64,000 nt of DNA from Armatimonadota bacterium. Lineage in GTDB: Bacteria > Sysuimicrobiota > Sysuimicrobiia > Sysuimicrobiales > Humicultoraceae. The notes beneath the pieces are model-generated. The model was not told where the DNA came from. It made no database searches and saw nothing but the letters and a program-made list of their open reading frames with translations. Below are positions 26,636-36,429 of this stretch, in pieces. The stretch covers positions 8,642-72,641 of the forward strand of contig JBBIOM010000006.1 in assembly GCA_037443365.1 (NCBI GenBank), written 5' to 3'. Numbering within the stretch: the stretch's first letter is position 1; each line of letters starts with the position of its first letter. The position numbers were made by a program, and so were the translations under genes.

Positions 26636-28597
26636 ATGCGCGATCTGGCCTGGCTCATCCCGCTGTTTCCCCTGGTCGCGTTCGGGCTGATCACCGCCCT
26701 CGGGCGGCGCCTGCCCGGGGAAGGAAGCCACGTGGCGGTCGCCGGCATCGGGCTTTCGGCGCTGCTCTCGATCGGCATCTTCGTCGAGATGGCGTTCGGC
26801 GCTCCCCCGGCGGAGATGACCGTCCGCTGGATGATGCTGGGCGGCAATCCCCTGGAGCTGGGGTTCCGCGTGGACCACCTCACCACGATCATGCTGCTCG
26901 TGGTCACGGTCGTCGGCTCGATGATCTTCATCTACTCGATCGGCTACATGCACGGCGACCCGCGCTTCCCGCGGTTCTTCGCCTATCTCTCGTTGTTCGC
27001 GGCCTCGATGCTCCTGCTGGTGCTGGCCGACAACCTGCTCTTTCTGTACGCCGGCTGGGAGCTGGTGGGGCTGTGCTCGTACCTGCTGATCGGCTTCTAC
27101 TTCGAGCGGCCCTCGGCCGCACGCGCGTCGCTCAAGGCCTTCCTCACCACGCGCGTGGGCGACTTCTTCATGTTCCTGGGAATCCTGCTCGTGTTCCTGA
27201 CGCTTGGGTCGTTCCGGTTCGAGGAGATCTTCGCGCGCGTGCGCGAGGGCGCGCTCGCCGGAGCGACGATCGGCGGCCTCCCCTTGCTGACGCTGGCGGC
27301 CGTGCTGATCTTCGGCGGGGCCGTGGGCAAGTCGGCTCAGGTGCCGCTCCACACCTGGCTCCCAGACGCGATGGAAGGCCCCACGCCGGTCTCGGCCCTG
27401 ATACACGCGGCCACGATGGTCGCCGCCGGCGTGTACCTGGTGGCGCGCACGTTCACGTTGTTCCTCGACTGGCCGGCGGCGGGAGCGCTCCACGGCGGCG
27501 CCGCGCTGCAGGCGGTGGCCTACGTGGGCGGGATCACCGCGTTGATGGCCGCCACGATCGCGGTGGTCCAGGACGACATCAAGCGCGTGCTGGCCTACTC
27601 GACCATCAGCCAGCTCGGCCTGATGATGCTGGGCCTGGGGATGCTCGGCTACACCGCCGGGATGTTCCACCTGATGACGCACGCCTTCTTCAAGGCCCTG
27701 CTGTTCCTGGGCGCCGGCAGCGTCATCCACGCCATGGGTACGAACGATATCAAGGCGATGGGCGGGCTGGCCCGCACGATGCCCTCCACGTACTGGACGT
27801 TCCTCATCGGCGCGCTGGCGCTGGCGGGCGTGCCCCCGCTTGCGGGCTTCTGGAGCAAGGACGAGATCTTGCTGGAGGCGTTCCACCACAACACCGGCCT
27901 GTTCGTGATGGCCGCCCTGACCTCGCTATTGACCGCGTTCTACATGTTCCGCGTCATCTTCTACACGTTCACCGGAACATTGAGGAGCCACGACGCCCAC
28001 CCCCACGAAAGCCCACCCGTCATGACCCTGCCCCTGTGGGTCCTGGCCGGCTTCTCCGCTGTGGTGGGGCTGGTCGGGGCACCTATGCTGGGGAACCCCA
28101 TGCACAGGTTCCTGCACTTCGAGGGGGTGGCGGCCGTCCCGTTCAGCGTTGGGCTGGCGCTCCTCTCAACCGCCATAGCCGGCGCCGGCATCCTGGCGGC
28201 GGCGGTCACATACCGCTGGGGCATCGTGCCTTCCAGCGCGCTGCGCCGCGCCGCCGGCCCGCTGTACGCGCTGGTGGTACGCAAGTACTACTTCGACGAG
28301 CTGTACGCCCTGGCGGTTGTTCGCCCCGTCCTCTGGATCGGACGGTCGCTTCGGGTCTTCGACGTCTACGTGATTGACATGCTGGTGAACCTGATCGGGG
28401 TCGGTGTCGTCGCGCTGGCCCGCCTGTACAGGCTGTTCGACCTGTACGTGGTGGACGGTGTGGTCAACCTTGTGGGCTGGACGGCCAAGGCGCTCGGCGG
28501 GACCCTGCGCTACGTCCAGACCGGCCGCGCGCAGAACTACCTGCTGGCGATCGCGCTCGGCGTGATCGTGATCGTGGCCGCGGGGCTGCTCCGGTAG
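26636..28597 (+). CDS. nuoL: NADH-quinone oxidoreductase subunit L (extended amphipathic helix)
   Basis: Motifs WELVGLCSYLLIGF, GKSAQVPLHTWLPDAMEGPTPVSALIHAATMV, HAFFKALLF, QTG. Confidence 0.96.
   Translation: MRDLAWLIPLFPLVAFGLITALGRRLPGEGSHVAVAGIGLSALLSIGIFVEMAFGAPPAEMTVRWMMLGGNPLELGFRVDHLTTIMLLVVTVVGSMIFIYSIGYMHGDPRFPRFFAYLSLFAASMLLLVLADNLLFLYAGWELVGLCSYLLIGFYFERPSAARASLKAFLTTRVGDFFMFLGILLVFLTLGSFRFEEIFARVREGALAGATIGGLPLLTLAAVLIFGGAVGKSAQVPLHTWLPDAMEGPTPVSALIHAATMVAAGVYLVARTFTLFLDWPAAGALHGGAALQAVAYVGGITALMAATIAVVQDDIKRVLAYSTISQLGLMMLGLGMLGYTAGMFHLMTHAFFKALLFLGAGSVIHAMGTNDIKAMGGLARTMPSTYWTFLIGALALAGVPPLAGFWSKDEILLEAFHHNTGLFVMAALTSLLTAFYMFRVIFYTFTGTLRSHDAHPHESPPVMTLPLWVLAGFSAVVGLVGAPMLGNPMHRFLHFEGVAAVPFSVGLALLSTAIAGAGILAAAVTYRWGIVPSSALRRAAGPLYALVVRKYYFDELYALAVVRPVLWIGRSLRVFDVYVIDMLVNLIGVGVVALARLYRLFDLYVVDGVVNLVGWTAKALGGTLRYVQTGRAQNYLLAIALGVIVIVAAGLLR
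28358..28513 (+). repeat. In-frame 78-bp (26-codon) imperfect tandem duplication in nuoL
   Basis: FDVYVIDMLVNLIGVGVVALARLYRL is followed by FDLYVVDGVVNLVGWTAKALGGTLRY. Confidence 0.8.
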
Positions 28598-28640
28598 CCC
28601 GGATCGGGCGACGCCGGGAGAAGAGGGGGAAGGGACACGA

Positions 28641-30149
28641 ATGGAACGCTACCTGCTGACGATCACGGTGTTCCTGCCGCTCCTTGGCGCGCTGGCGATC
28701 CTGCTCATACCGAAAGGCCGCGAAGAGCTGATGAGGTGGGTGGCCGTCGCCGCAGCCGCGCTTGCCTTCCTGGCGTCGCTATGGATCCTGGGGCCGTACG
28801 AGATCGGCAAGGCAGGCATGCAGTTGCAGGAGCGCTACCTGTGGATTCCGGGGATCGGGATCAACTACCACCTGGGCGTGGACGGCCTCGGCCTGCCCCT
28901 GCTTCTCATGACCACCCTGCTCTCCCTGCTGTCCGTGATCTACTCCTGGCGCGTGGATCTGCGGGTGAAGGAGTACCTGTTCCTGTTCCTGCTGCTCGAG
29001 ACCGGGACGCTGGGCGTGTTCGTGGCGCTGGACTTCTTCCTGTTCTTCGTTTTCTGGGAGATAACGCTGGTGCCAATGTACCTCCTGATAGGCATCTGGG
29101 GCGGCCCGCGCCGCGAGTACGCGGCGATCAAGTTCTTCCTCTACACGCTTGTGGGCTCGCTGGCGATGCTGCTGGCGATAATGCTGCTCTACTTCAGTTC
29201 TGAACCCCGCACGTTCGGAATAATGGAGCTCATCGGGCAGCAGCCGCTCGCGAAGGCCCCCACGCTCGCCGCGCTGGCGTTCTGGGGCTTCTTCCTGTCG
29301 TTCGCGATCAAGGTGCCGATGTGGCCGTTCCACACCTGGCTTCCGGACGCGCACGTGGAGGCGCCCACGGCCGGCAGCGTGATCCTTGCCGCGGTCCTCC
29401 TGAAGATGGGCACGTACGGCTTCGTCCGGATCAGCCTCCCCATGCTGCCGGAGACCTTCAAGCTCTTCGCCATGCCGGTTGCGATCCTGGCGCTGCTGGG
29501 GATCGTCTACGGCGCGCTCGTGGCCATGGCGCAGACCGACCTCAAGAAGCTGGTCGCCTACTCCAGCGTCAACCACATGGGGTACGTGATGCTGGGCGTG
29601 GCGGCCGCGGCCGGCGCGGTGGGCATCCCCGAGAAGGCGCACGCCGCCACGATCGCGCTCAACGGGGCCGTATTCGAGATGGTGGCCCACGGCATCATCA
29701 CCGGGGCGCTGTTCCTCATCGTCGGGGTGATCTACGACTACCGGGCTCACACGCGTGGGGTGAACGAGTTCGGAGGGCTGGGCGCCCGGCTTCCGGTCTA
29801 CACCGGGGTCACCATGATGGCGATGCTGGCGTCACTGGGGCTGCCTGGCCTGATGGGGTTCGTGGCCGAGTTCCTCATCTTCGTGGGATCGTTTGGGGTG
29901 TTCCCCGAGCTGACCGCCGTGGCGCTGACCGGCGTCATCTTCTCGGCCGCGATGTTCCTGTGGACGATCCAGCGCATATTCCTGGGTCCCCCGAACCCGA
30001 GGTGGGCCCACCTGCCCGATCTTGACCGGCGCGAGGTGATCTCGCTGGCTCCCCTGGCCGCGCTCATGCTGATCTTCGGCGTCTATCCCCGCGCGCTGCT
30101 CGACGTGATCAACGTGGCGATGACCAGCCTGGTGACCGTGCTTCGGTAG
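28641..30149 (+). CDS. nuoM: NADH-quinone oxidoreductase subunit M
   Basis: Motifs FWEITLVPMY, KVPMWPFHTWLPDAHVEAPT, LKMGTYG, AYSSVNHMG. Confidence 0.96.
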   Translation: MERYLLTITVFLPLLGALAILLIPKGREELMRWVAVAAAALAFLASLWILGPYEIGKAGMQLQERYLWIPGIGINYHLGVDGLGLPLLLMTTLLSLLSVIYSWRVDLRVKEYLFLFLLLETGTLGVFVALDFFLFFVFWEITLVPMYLLIGIWGGPRREYAAIKFFLYTLVGSLAMLLAIMLLYFSSEPRTFGIMELIGQQPLAKAPTLAALAFWGFFLSFAIKVPMWPFHTWLPDAHVEAPTAGSVILAAVLLKMGTYGFVRISLPMLPETFKLFAMPVAILALLGIVYGALVAMAQTDLKKLVAYSSVNHMGYVMLGVAAAAGAVGIPEKAHAATIALNGAVFEMVAHGIITGALFLIVGVIYDYRAHTRGVNEFGGLGARLPVYTGVTMMAMLASLGLPGLMGFVAEFLIFVGSFGVFPELTAVALTGVIFSAAMFLWTIQRIFLGPPNPRWAHLPDLDRREVISLAPLAALMLIFGVYPRALLDVINVAMTSLVTVLR

Positions 30150-30158
30150 GGGCCGCAG

Positions 30159-31601
30159 ATGCCTGTACCCGTTGAGGATCTCTGGTCGTTCGTCCCCGAG
30201 CTCTGGCTGGCGGCCCTCGGGGTCTTGCTGCTGCTGTTCGACCTGTTCCTTCCGGCGGATCGCAAGCGGCTCGTGGGCTGGGCGGCCGTGGTGGGGTTGC
30301 TGTTCGCCCTCGTGCCCGTCCTGGGGATGCTGGGGATCCCGGCCCGCACCATCTTCTTCGACTCCTACGCCGCGGATGGCTTCGCGGTCTTCTTCAAGAT
30401 AATCGCCCTGACCTCCACGATCCTTGTCATCCTCTCGGCCATGGACGCGCTGCGCGGGCAGACCGGGTTCGAGGGTGAGATGTACGTGCTGCTGACCTTC
30501 GCGGCGCTGGGGGCGTGCCTGATGGCGGCCAGCGCCGACCTGATCCTGCTGGCGCTGTCAATCGAGCTCGTCAGTCTCTCCTCGTACGTCATGGCCGGCT
30601 ACTTCAAGTCCGACCCGCGCAGCAACGAGGCCGGGATCAAGTACTTCCTGTTCGGCGCCGCCTCCTCGGCGGTGATGATATACGGGTTCTCAATCCTCTA
30701 CGGCCTGACGGGCGAGACCAACCTCTACGTCATCGCCGAGCGGGTCCGAACCGCGCCGGGCCCTGCCCTGACACTCGCGGTGGGCATGGCGCTGGCCGGA
30801 TTGGGTTTCAAGGTCTCGATGGTTCCGTTCCACCAGTGGACGCCGGATGTCTACGAGGGCGCGCCCACGCCGGTCGCGGCGTTCCTCTCCGTGGCAAGCA
30901 AGGCGGCGGGGTTCGCGGCGCTGGTCCGGTTCCTGGTGGTGGCCGTCGAACCGGGCCCGGTGGACTGGGTTGCGCCGATCGCCGTCCTCTCCGCGGTGAG
31001 CATGACGCTGGGCAACCTGCTGGCCCTTCCGCAGCGCAACATCAAGCGGATGCTGGCCTACTCGAGCATCGCCCACGCGGGCTTCCTGCTGATGGGTGTC
31101 GCGGCCCACCGCGGTGACTTCGGCGCCCCGGGCCTGCTCATCTACCTGCTGGCGTACACGTTCACGAACCTGGGCGCGTTCTTCGTGGCGACGGCCGTCG
31201 GGGGACGGCTGGGCTCGGACGACATGACGGGCTACGCCGGCCTGGCTCAGCGCTCGGCCGGGATGGCCGCCGTCATGGCGCTGTTCATGCTCTCGCTCGC
31301 AGGCATACCACCCACAGGCGGGTTCTTCGGCAAGTTCTACATCTTCGGCGCCGCGATCAACAACGGGCTGCTGTGGCTGGCAGTGGTGGCTGTGGCCAAC
31401 AGCGTGGTGGCGCTGTACTACTACGCGAACGTGATCCGGGTCATGTACCTGCTCCCGATCCCCTCAGGGGAGCCGGTGGGCGGGCCAGGGCCCCTGCGCC
31501 TTGCCCTTGGGATCGCCGCGCTGGGCACGCTGCTTGTGGGCGTGTTTCCGCAGCCGTTCGTCGCCCTCGCCGGTGCGGCCGCGATGCTGCTGCGGATGTA
31601 G
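30159..31601 (+). CDS. nuoN: NADH-quinone oxidoreductase subunit N
   Basis: Motifs EAGIKYF, FKVSMVPFHQWTPDVYEGAP, KRMLAYSSIAHAG, GIPPTGGFFGK. Confidence 0.96.
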   Translation: MPVPVEDLWSFVPELWLAALGVLLLLFDLFLPADRKRLVGWAAVVGLLFALVPVLGMLGIPARTIFFDSYAADGFAVFFKIIALTSTILVILSAMDALRGQTGFEGEMYVLLTFAALGACLMAASADLILLALSIELVSLSSYVMAGYFKSDPRSNEAGIKYFLFGAASSAVMIYGFSILYGLTGETNLYVIAERVRTAPGPALTLAVGMALAGLGFKVSMVPFHQWTPDVYEGAPTPVAAFLSVASKAAGFAALVRFLVVAVEPGPVDWVAPIAVLSAVSMTLGNLLALPQRNIKRMLAYSSIAHAGFLLMGVAAHRGDFGAPGLLIYLLAYTFTNLGAFFVATAVGGRLGSDDMTGYAGLAQRSAGMAAVMALFMLSLAGIPPTGGFFGKFYIFGAAINNGLLWLAVVAVANSVVALYYYANVIRVMYLLPIPSGEPVGGPGPLRLALGIAALGTLLVGVFPQPFVALAGAAAMLLRM

Positions 31602-31658
31602 CGCCGGCTCACCCGACAGAACGCCGAAAACCGCGCGGGAGCACGCTCCTGACCTGTC

Positions 31659-31687
31659 TTGACGGGGTATGGGGGGTTTGCTACGCT
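31659..31687 (+). promoter_or_regulatory. Sigma70-type promoter of the V/A-ATPase operon
   Basis: TTGACG-N17-TACGCT with an extended -10 TG. Confidence 0.6.
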
Positions 31688-31763
31688 GAAGTGTGGAGTG
31701 AGCCCCCGGGGCGACGCGTCCTGGGGGTTTCTTGCTGGCGGGATGCCGGGGAGCCGGGGAACC

Positions 31764-32126
31764 ATGGGCAGGAAGAACCCATCAGGGCAGGGGGACGACC
31801 ACCACGCCGGCGACGACCTCCTCAAGATAATCGCCGACCGCGAACGCGAGCTGGAGACCCAGGCGGCGTCCGCCCGCGACGAGGCCGCGGCCGCGGTCGC
31901 ACAGGCGCGCGCCCAGGCCGAGCAGATCGCGCGTGACGCGCGCCTGGAGGCGGCCAGGTTGGCCGAGGAGTCGGCGAGACGCATCGCGGATGATGTCCGG
32001 CGGATCGAGCACGAGGCTCAGGCCACCGCCCTGCGCGAGATCGAGAGGCTGCGCGCGCAGGCGGCGGCCCGTCGCGAGGCGGCCGCAGCCGATGTGGTCG
32101 AGCGCGTCATAGCAGGCGGCGAATGA
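31764..32126 (+). CDS. V/A-type ATPase peripheral stalk subunit (G/H)
   Basis: Ala/Glu/Arg-rich coiled coil; first gene of the operon. Confidence 0.8.
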   Translation: MGRKNPSGQGDDHHAGDDLLKIIADRERELETQAASARDEAAAAVAQARAQAEQIARDARLEAARLAEESARRIADDVRRIEHEAQATALREIERLRAQAAARREAAAADVVERVIAGGE

Positions 32127-34129
32127 TCGTCGAGATGCGCCGGGTGCTGGTCTTCGGCCCCAACCGGCTGTTGCGCGGGGTCGTGGAGGAGATACAGCGT
32201 CTCGGCGCGCTGCACATCGAGCCTGTCTCGGCCGAGGAGCCGGCGATAGGTGCGCTGCGGCCTGACGAGGCCGCGACCGCTGCTCAGTCGGCGATCGAGC
32301 GGGCCCGCGCACGCGCCGCCAACCTGCTCAACCTGCTCCCGGCCATCCCCTCAGCGGGAGAGGCCGGGTCTGTGCCGCCGTCCGGGCGGGGTGCGCCGCC
32401 CGGCGAGTCCCTTGTGGACACCGAGACGCTCGAGGACAGCGAGGCCCTCGATGCGCTGCTGGAGGGCATCGAGGCCGAGGTGGGGGCCCTCACCCGGCGC
32501 CGCCTCGACGCCGAGGACGAGCTCGAGATGATTCAGACGTACGAGGGCGCGGTGCGCGCCCTCTCCCCTCTGCTCGGCGTGCTCTCGGGCAGCCGCTCCC
32601 TGGAGTCGCTCGGTTTCATCCTGCGCGGCCGGGACCTCTCGCTCGTTACCGCCGTGCGCAACCAGCTCCGCGAACTGACGGGTGGGCGCGTTGAGGTTGT
32701 GGGCCGCATAATCGAGGAGGGCAGGATCGGCGTGGTCGTGGCCTTCCTGCACCGCGACGCCGAGACGATACGCGCGTGGCTCACCCGGGCGGGGATCAGC
32801 GAACTGCGCCTGCCCGCGCGTTACGCCGGCGGGGGGCCGGCCGAGGCCGTGCGCACGATGGAACGCCGGCGGGCCGAACTGCCGGGCGAGATGGCCGAGA
32901 TCGCCTCCGGGCTGGCCGAGGCCGCGCGCCGCAGCCGGCCTCTCCTGGAGGCGGTCCTGTCGCTTGCCTCCGACCGGCTCGGGCAGTTCCGGGCGCTATC
33001 GAGCCTCGCGCAGTCGCGCTACACGTTCATCCTGCATGGTTGGGCGCCTGCCTCGCGCGTGCGCGAGATCCGCGAGGCCCTGCGCGCGCGCTTCGGCCGC
33101 GAGGTCGTCGTGCACGACCAGCCGGCCGACCACCATCACGCCGAGGCAGTCCCTGTGCTGCTCGACAACCCGCCGGTGATCAAGCCGTTCCAGCGGCTGC
33201 TGGGCCTGTTCCGGCCGCCGCGGTACGGCACACTGGATCCCACGGTCTACCTGGCCTTCTTCTTCCCGATCTTCGTCGGCATGGTCATCGGCGACGTCGC
33301 ATACGGTGCGCTGCTCTTCGCGCTCGGATGGTGGATGCGCCAGAGGGCGCGCAGCAACAGGCCCTGGGACGTCGCCCTGGGGAGCATCAAGATGGGCATC
33401 CACGTCGCCCCCAGCGTGCTCGCGGACATATCATGGATCGTCCGTACGATGGCGGCCTGGACGATTCTCTTCGGCGTGCTCTATCTTGAGGTCTTCGGCA
33501 ACCTGGTCGAGCATCACCTGGGCCTGCACCCGATCTTCAACCGCGTTCACCTGACAACCGCGTTCCTGGGGCTCGCGGTCGCGATGGGGATCGTCCAGGT
33601 GATGCTGGGCTACCTGCTCCACCTCGTGCTGGCGCTACGCCACAGGCACGCCTTCGGCGCGCTGGAGTCGCTGGCCATGATGACGGGTGTGGCCGCGCTC
33701 TTCGCGCTGCTGGGCGCCATGGGCAACGTGCTGCCCTCCAGCTTCTTCACGCCGGGCGTGTTCCTGCTGGTGGCCTTCCTGGTCGCGGTCATGGCAGGCA
33801 TCGCGGTGAGCCCGCACGCCGCGATGTGGCTGCTGGAGGCGATCTCGGGCATGGGCAACGTGCTCTCCTATGCCCGGTTGTTCGGTGTGGGCCTGGCCGC
33901 CGCCGTGCTGGCCAACGTCTCCAACGAGCTGGGCGGTATGTTCGGTCCGGTCTGGATCGGGATCATCCTAGGCATCTTTGTCCAGATGATCTTCTTCGCC
34001 TTCACGCTGGCCGGGCACATCATCCAGCCCGCGCGGTTGAACTGGGTCGAGTTCCTCACCAAGATCAAGTACCACGACGAGGGCGGCAACTCGTACAGGC
34101 CGCTCCACAAGACAGGAGGTGGACTATGA
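32123..34129 (+). CDS. ntpI: V/A-type ATPase subunit I (a)
   Basis: Motifs PRYGTLDPT, GDVAYG, NVLSYARL, RLNWVEF. Confidence 0.93.
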   Translation: MIVEMRRVLVFGPNRLLRGVVEEIQRLGALHIEPVSAEEPAIGALRPDEAATAAQSAIERARARAANLLNLLPAIPSAGEAGSVPPSGRGAPPGESLVDTETLEDSEALDALLEGIEAEVGALTRRRLDAEDELEMIQTYEGAVRALSPLLGVLSGSRSLESLGFILRGRDLSLVTAVRNQLRELTGGRVEVVGRIIEEGRIGVVVAFLHRDAETIRAWLTRAGISELRLPARYAGGGPAEAVRTMERRRAELPGEMAEIASGLAEAARRSRPLLEAVLSLASDRLGQFRALSSLAQSRYTFILHGWAPASRVREIREALRARFGREVVVHDQPADHHHAEAVPVLLDNPPVIKPFQRLLGLFRPPRYGTLDPTVYLAFFFPIFVGMVIGDVAYGALLFALGWWMRQRARSNRPWDVALGSIKMGIHVAPSVLADISWIVRTMAAWTILFGVLYLEVFGNLVEHHLGLHPIFNRVHLTTAFLGLAVAMGIVQVMLGYLLHLVLALRHRHAFGALESLAMMTGVAALFALLGAMGNVLPSSFFTPGVFLLVAFLVAVMAGIAVSPHAAMWLLEAISGMGNVLSYARLFGVGLAAAVLANVSNELGGMFGPVWIGIILGIFVQMIFFAFTLAGHIIQPARLNWVEFLTKIKYHDEGGNSYRPLHKTGGGL

Positions 34130-34452
34130 CGAAGAAAGTCCTGAGGGCTGCCGTCCTGCTGACCGTGGCCCTGCTGGTGGTTGCCCCGGTCGCACTTGCC
34201 GCCGAGGCGCAGGCGGCAGTGTCCCGGCAGATCACGATGGCTCACGGGCTGTTGGGCCTGGCCGCGGCTCTGGCCGTGGCATTCGGCGCCATTGGGACCG
34301 CCTGGGCGCAGTCGCGCATCGGAGCGGCCGCGGCCGGTGCGATTGCCGAGCGCCCCGAGATCGGCGGCCTCATGCTGATCTTCCTGGTCCTGCCCGAGAC
34401 GCTCATCATCTTCGGCTTCCTGGTGGCGTTCTTCATCATCGGGAAGATATAG
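34126..34452 (+). CDS. ntpK: V/A-type ATPase proteolipid subunit K (c)
   Basis: AQSRIGAA...LPETLIIFG single hairpin with an N-terminal leader. Confidence 0.93.
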   Translation: MTKKVLRAAVLLTVALLVVAPVALAAEAQAAVSRQITMAHGLLGLAAALAVAFGAIGTAWAQSRIGAAAAGAIAERPEIGGLMLIFLVLPETLIIFGFLVAFFIIGKI

Positions 34453-34463
34453 ACCGATCCGCC

Positions 34464-35045
34464 GTGGCGACCGGTTCGGAACTGATCTCTCTGCTCGAGC
34501 GCGAGGCGGCAAGTGAGCGCGCGCGGATCCTGTCGGAGGCCCGGGCGCAGGCCGCGGCCATCCTGACCGAGGCCCGGCGCGCGGCCGGCGAGGCCCTGAC
34601 CGCGACGCGGGAGCGGCTCGAGGCCGAGGAGCGCGCGGCCCTGGTCAAGGCCAGGAGCACGGCCGCGCTTGCCGCCGCGTCGCTGGTTCTGCAGGTCAAG
34701 GAGGACGAGATCGCGCGCGCGTTCGCGCAGGCCGAAGCGGCCCTGGGGGCGCTGGCCGCCGATCCGCGGCGCTACACCGGGATCCTGCGCCGCCTCATCG
34801 AGGAGGCCCTAGCGCAGTCGGGCGGCGGCGTCGTATCCGTGGCTCCGCAGGACCTGGCGACGGCCGAGGCGCTCGTGCGCGAGCACGCGTGGGACGCGAC
34901 GGTGCGCGCCGATCCCGCGGTCGGCGCAGGGGCGCGCATCGCTTCGTCCGACGGGCGTCTGGTGGTGACCAACACCCTGGCCTCGCGCCTCGGCCGTGCC
35001 CGCCCGGCGCTGGCCCCTGCGGTGGCCAGGACGCTGTGGGGATAA
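34464..35045 (+). CDS. ntpE: V/A-type ATPase subunit E
   Basis: Coiled-coil N-terminus, VTNTLASRL...ARTLWG end, and operon position. Confidence 0.88.
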   Translation: MATGSELISLLEREAASERARILSEARAQAAAILTEARRAAGEALTATRERLEAEERAALVKARSTAALAAASLVLQVKEDEIARAFAQAEAALGALAADPRRYTGILRRLIEEALAQSGGGVVSVAPQDLATAEALVREHAWDATVRADPAVGAGARIASSDGRLVVTNTLASRLGRARPALAPAVARTLWG

Positions 35046-35057
35046 CGGTCCGGGACG

Positions 35058-36089
35058 ATGCCTGACTTCCCGTACATCAACGCGCGGGTGCGCGCGATGC
35101 ACGGCCGTTTGCTCGACGCCGCCCCGCTCGATGACCTGGTGGGAGCGCCGACCATGGGCGCGCTCCTGCAGGCGCTGTCCTCCACGCCCTACGCCGGCGA
35201 CCTCGGAGAAGCCCTCGTGCGCTTCGAGGGCCTCCGGGCCGTGGACGAGGCGCTGGCCAGGAACCTCCAGCGCACCACGCGCAAGATCCTGCGATTCGCC
35301 GACGGACGGCCCCGCGCGCTGATCGAGGCGATCCTGCTGCGGTGGGACCTCGCGAACCTCCGGGTCATCGTGCGCGGCAAGCACGGCGGCAGACCCGCCG
35401 ACGAGGTGGGCTCGGCGCTCCTGCCCGCGGGCCTGCTGGGCGAGGCCGTCCTCCGAGAGATGGCCTCGGCGCAGGACCTGGCGGGCGTGGCCGGGATCCT
35501 GGAGGCGGTGGGGCATCCCTTCGCGCAGGTGCTCGCCCAGGTCGCGGCCGCCCAGGCGAAGAAGACGGACCTCCTCGGAAGCGAGCTGATGCTGGACCGC
35601 GCGTACATCGAGAGGGGGATGCGCTTCGCGCGGGGGAGCGACGCTGGCGCAGCCGCCCTCCGCCAGGTGCTCTGCGCTGAGGTGGACGCGGCCAACGCCA
35701 AGACCGCCTTCCGGATGGGCCTGGCCGGGGAACTGGACGAGGAGACGCGCCTGCGCTTCTTTGTTCCGGGCGGCGCGCTGATCCTCTCGGATCTCTTCCT
35801 GGCGCTGTCAGAACCGCGCACGCGCTCGTCGGCCTGGCAGAAACTGCGGATGAGCGGCTTCCCGGTGCGCGACCTCCCGCAGACACCGGTTGAGTTCGAG
35901 CGCGCGATGGACCTAGCCACGGCCAGGGCGATGGCCGCGCGCTTCAGGGGCGACCCGCTCGGGCTCGACGTGGTGGTAGGGTACCTGGCGAAGAAGACCG
36001 CAGAGGTCGCCAACCTCCGCCTGGCGGCGCGGGGCGTGTTCCTGGGGCTGCCGCGCGAGGCGGTGCGCCAGGAGATGATGCGTGTATAG
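35058..36089 (+). CDS. ntpC: V/A-type ATPase subunit C (d)
   Basis: Motifs FPYINARVRAM, RWDLANL, EVANLRL. Confidence 0.9.
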   Translation: MPDFPYINARVRAMHGRLLDAAPLDDLVGAPTMGALLQALSSTPYAGDLGEALVRFEGLRAVDEALARNLQRTTRKILRFADGRPRALIEAILLRWDLANLRVIVRGKHGGRPADEVGSALLPAGLLGEAVLREMASAQDLAGVAGILEAVGHPFAQVLAQVAAAQAKKTDLLGSELMLDRAYIERGMRFARGSDAGAAALRQVLCAEVDAANAKTAFRMGLAGELDEETRLRFFVPGGALILSDLFLALSEPRTRSSAWQKLRMSGFPVRDLPQTPVEFERAMDLATARAMAARFRGDPLGLDVVVGYLAKKTAEVANLRLAARGVFLGLPREAVRQEMMRV

Positions 36090-36399
36090 GCTCGCCGTGA
36101 TCACCGATCCTGAGACGGCCACGGGCTTCCGTCTGGCAGGGGCCGAGGTGCGGGAGGCCGCCACCCCAGAGGAAGCGCTGGAGCACCTGAGGCGCTTCGT
36201 GACGCTGGACTACGGGCTGATCGCCGTGAACGAGACGCTGCTGGAGGGCGTCCGGGAAGAGCGCGCGCGACTGCTGCGCGACCGCGATCTTCCGATCGTC
36301 GTGGCGTTCCCCGCGCCCCAGGCCCAGATAGAGGATGGCGAGGCCTACCTAGCCCGCCTCGTGAAGGAGCACATCGGCTTCTATGTCAAGCTGCGGTAG
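36082..36399 (+). CDS. ntpF: V/A-type ATPase subunit F
   Basis: AVITDPETATGFRLAG. Confidence 0.92.
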   Translation: MYRLAVITDPETATGFRLAGAEVREAATPEEALEHLRRFVTLDYGLIAVNETLLEGVREERARLLRDRDLPIVVAFPAPQAQIEDGEAYLARLVKEHIGFYVKLR

Positions 36400-36429
36400 C
36401 GGGTGGCCGGAGTTCATGGAGGAGTTGCG

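Noticed and set aside
34126-34452. Na+-specific ATPase inferred from the Q...ET motif in subunit K
   Set aside because: Similar motifs occur in proton-coupled V/A-ATPases, so ion specificity cannot be called from this sequence.
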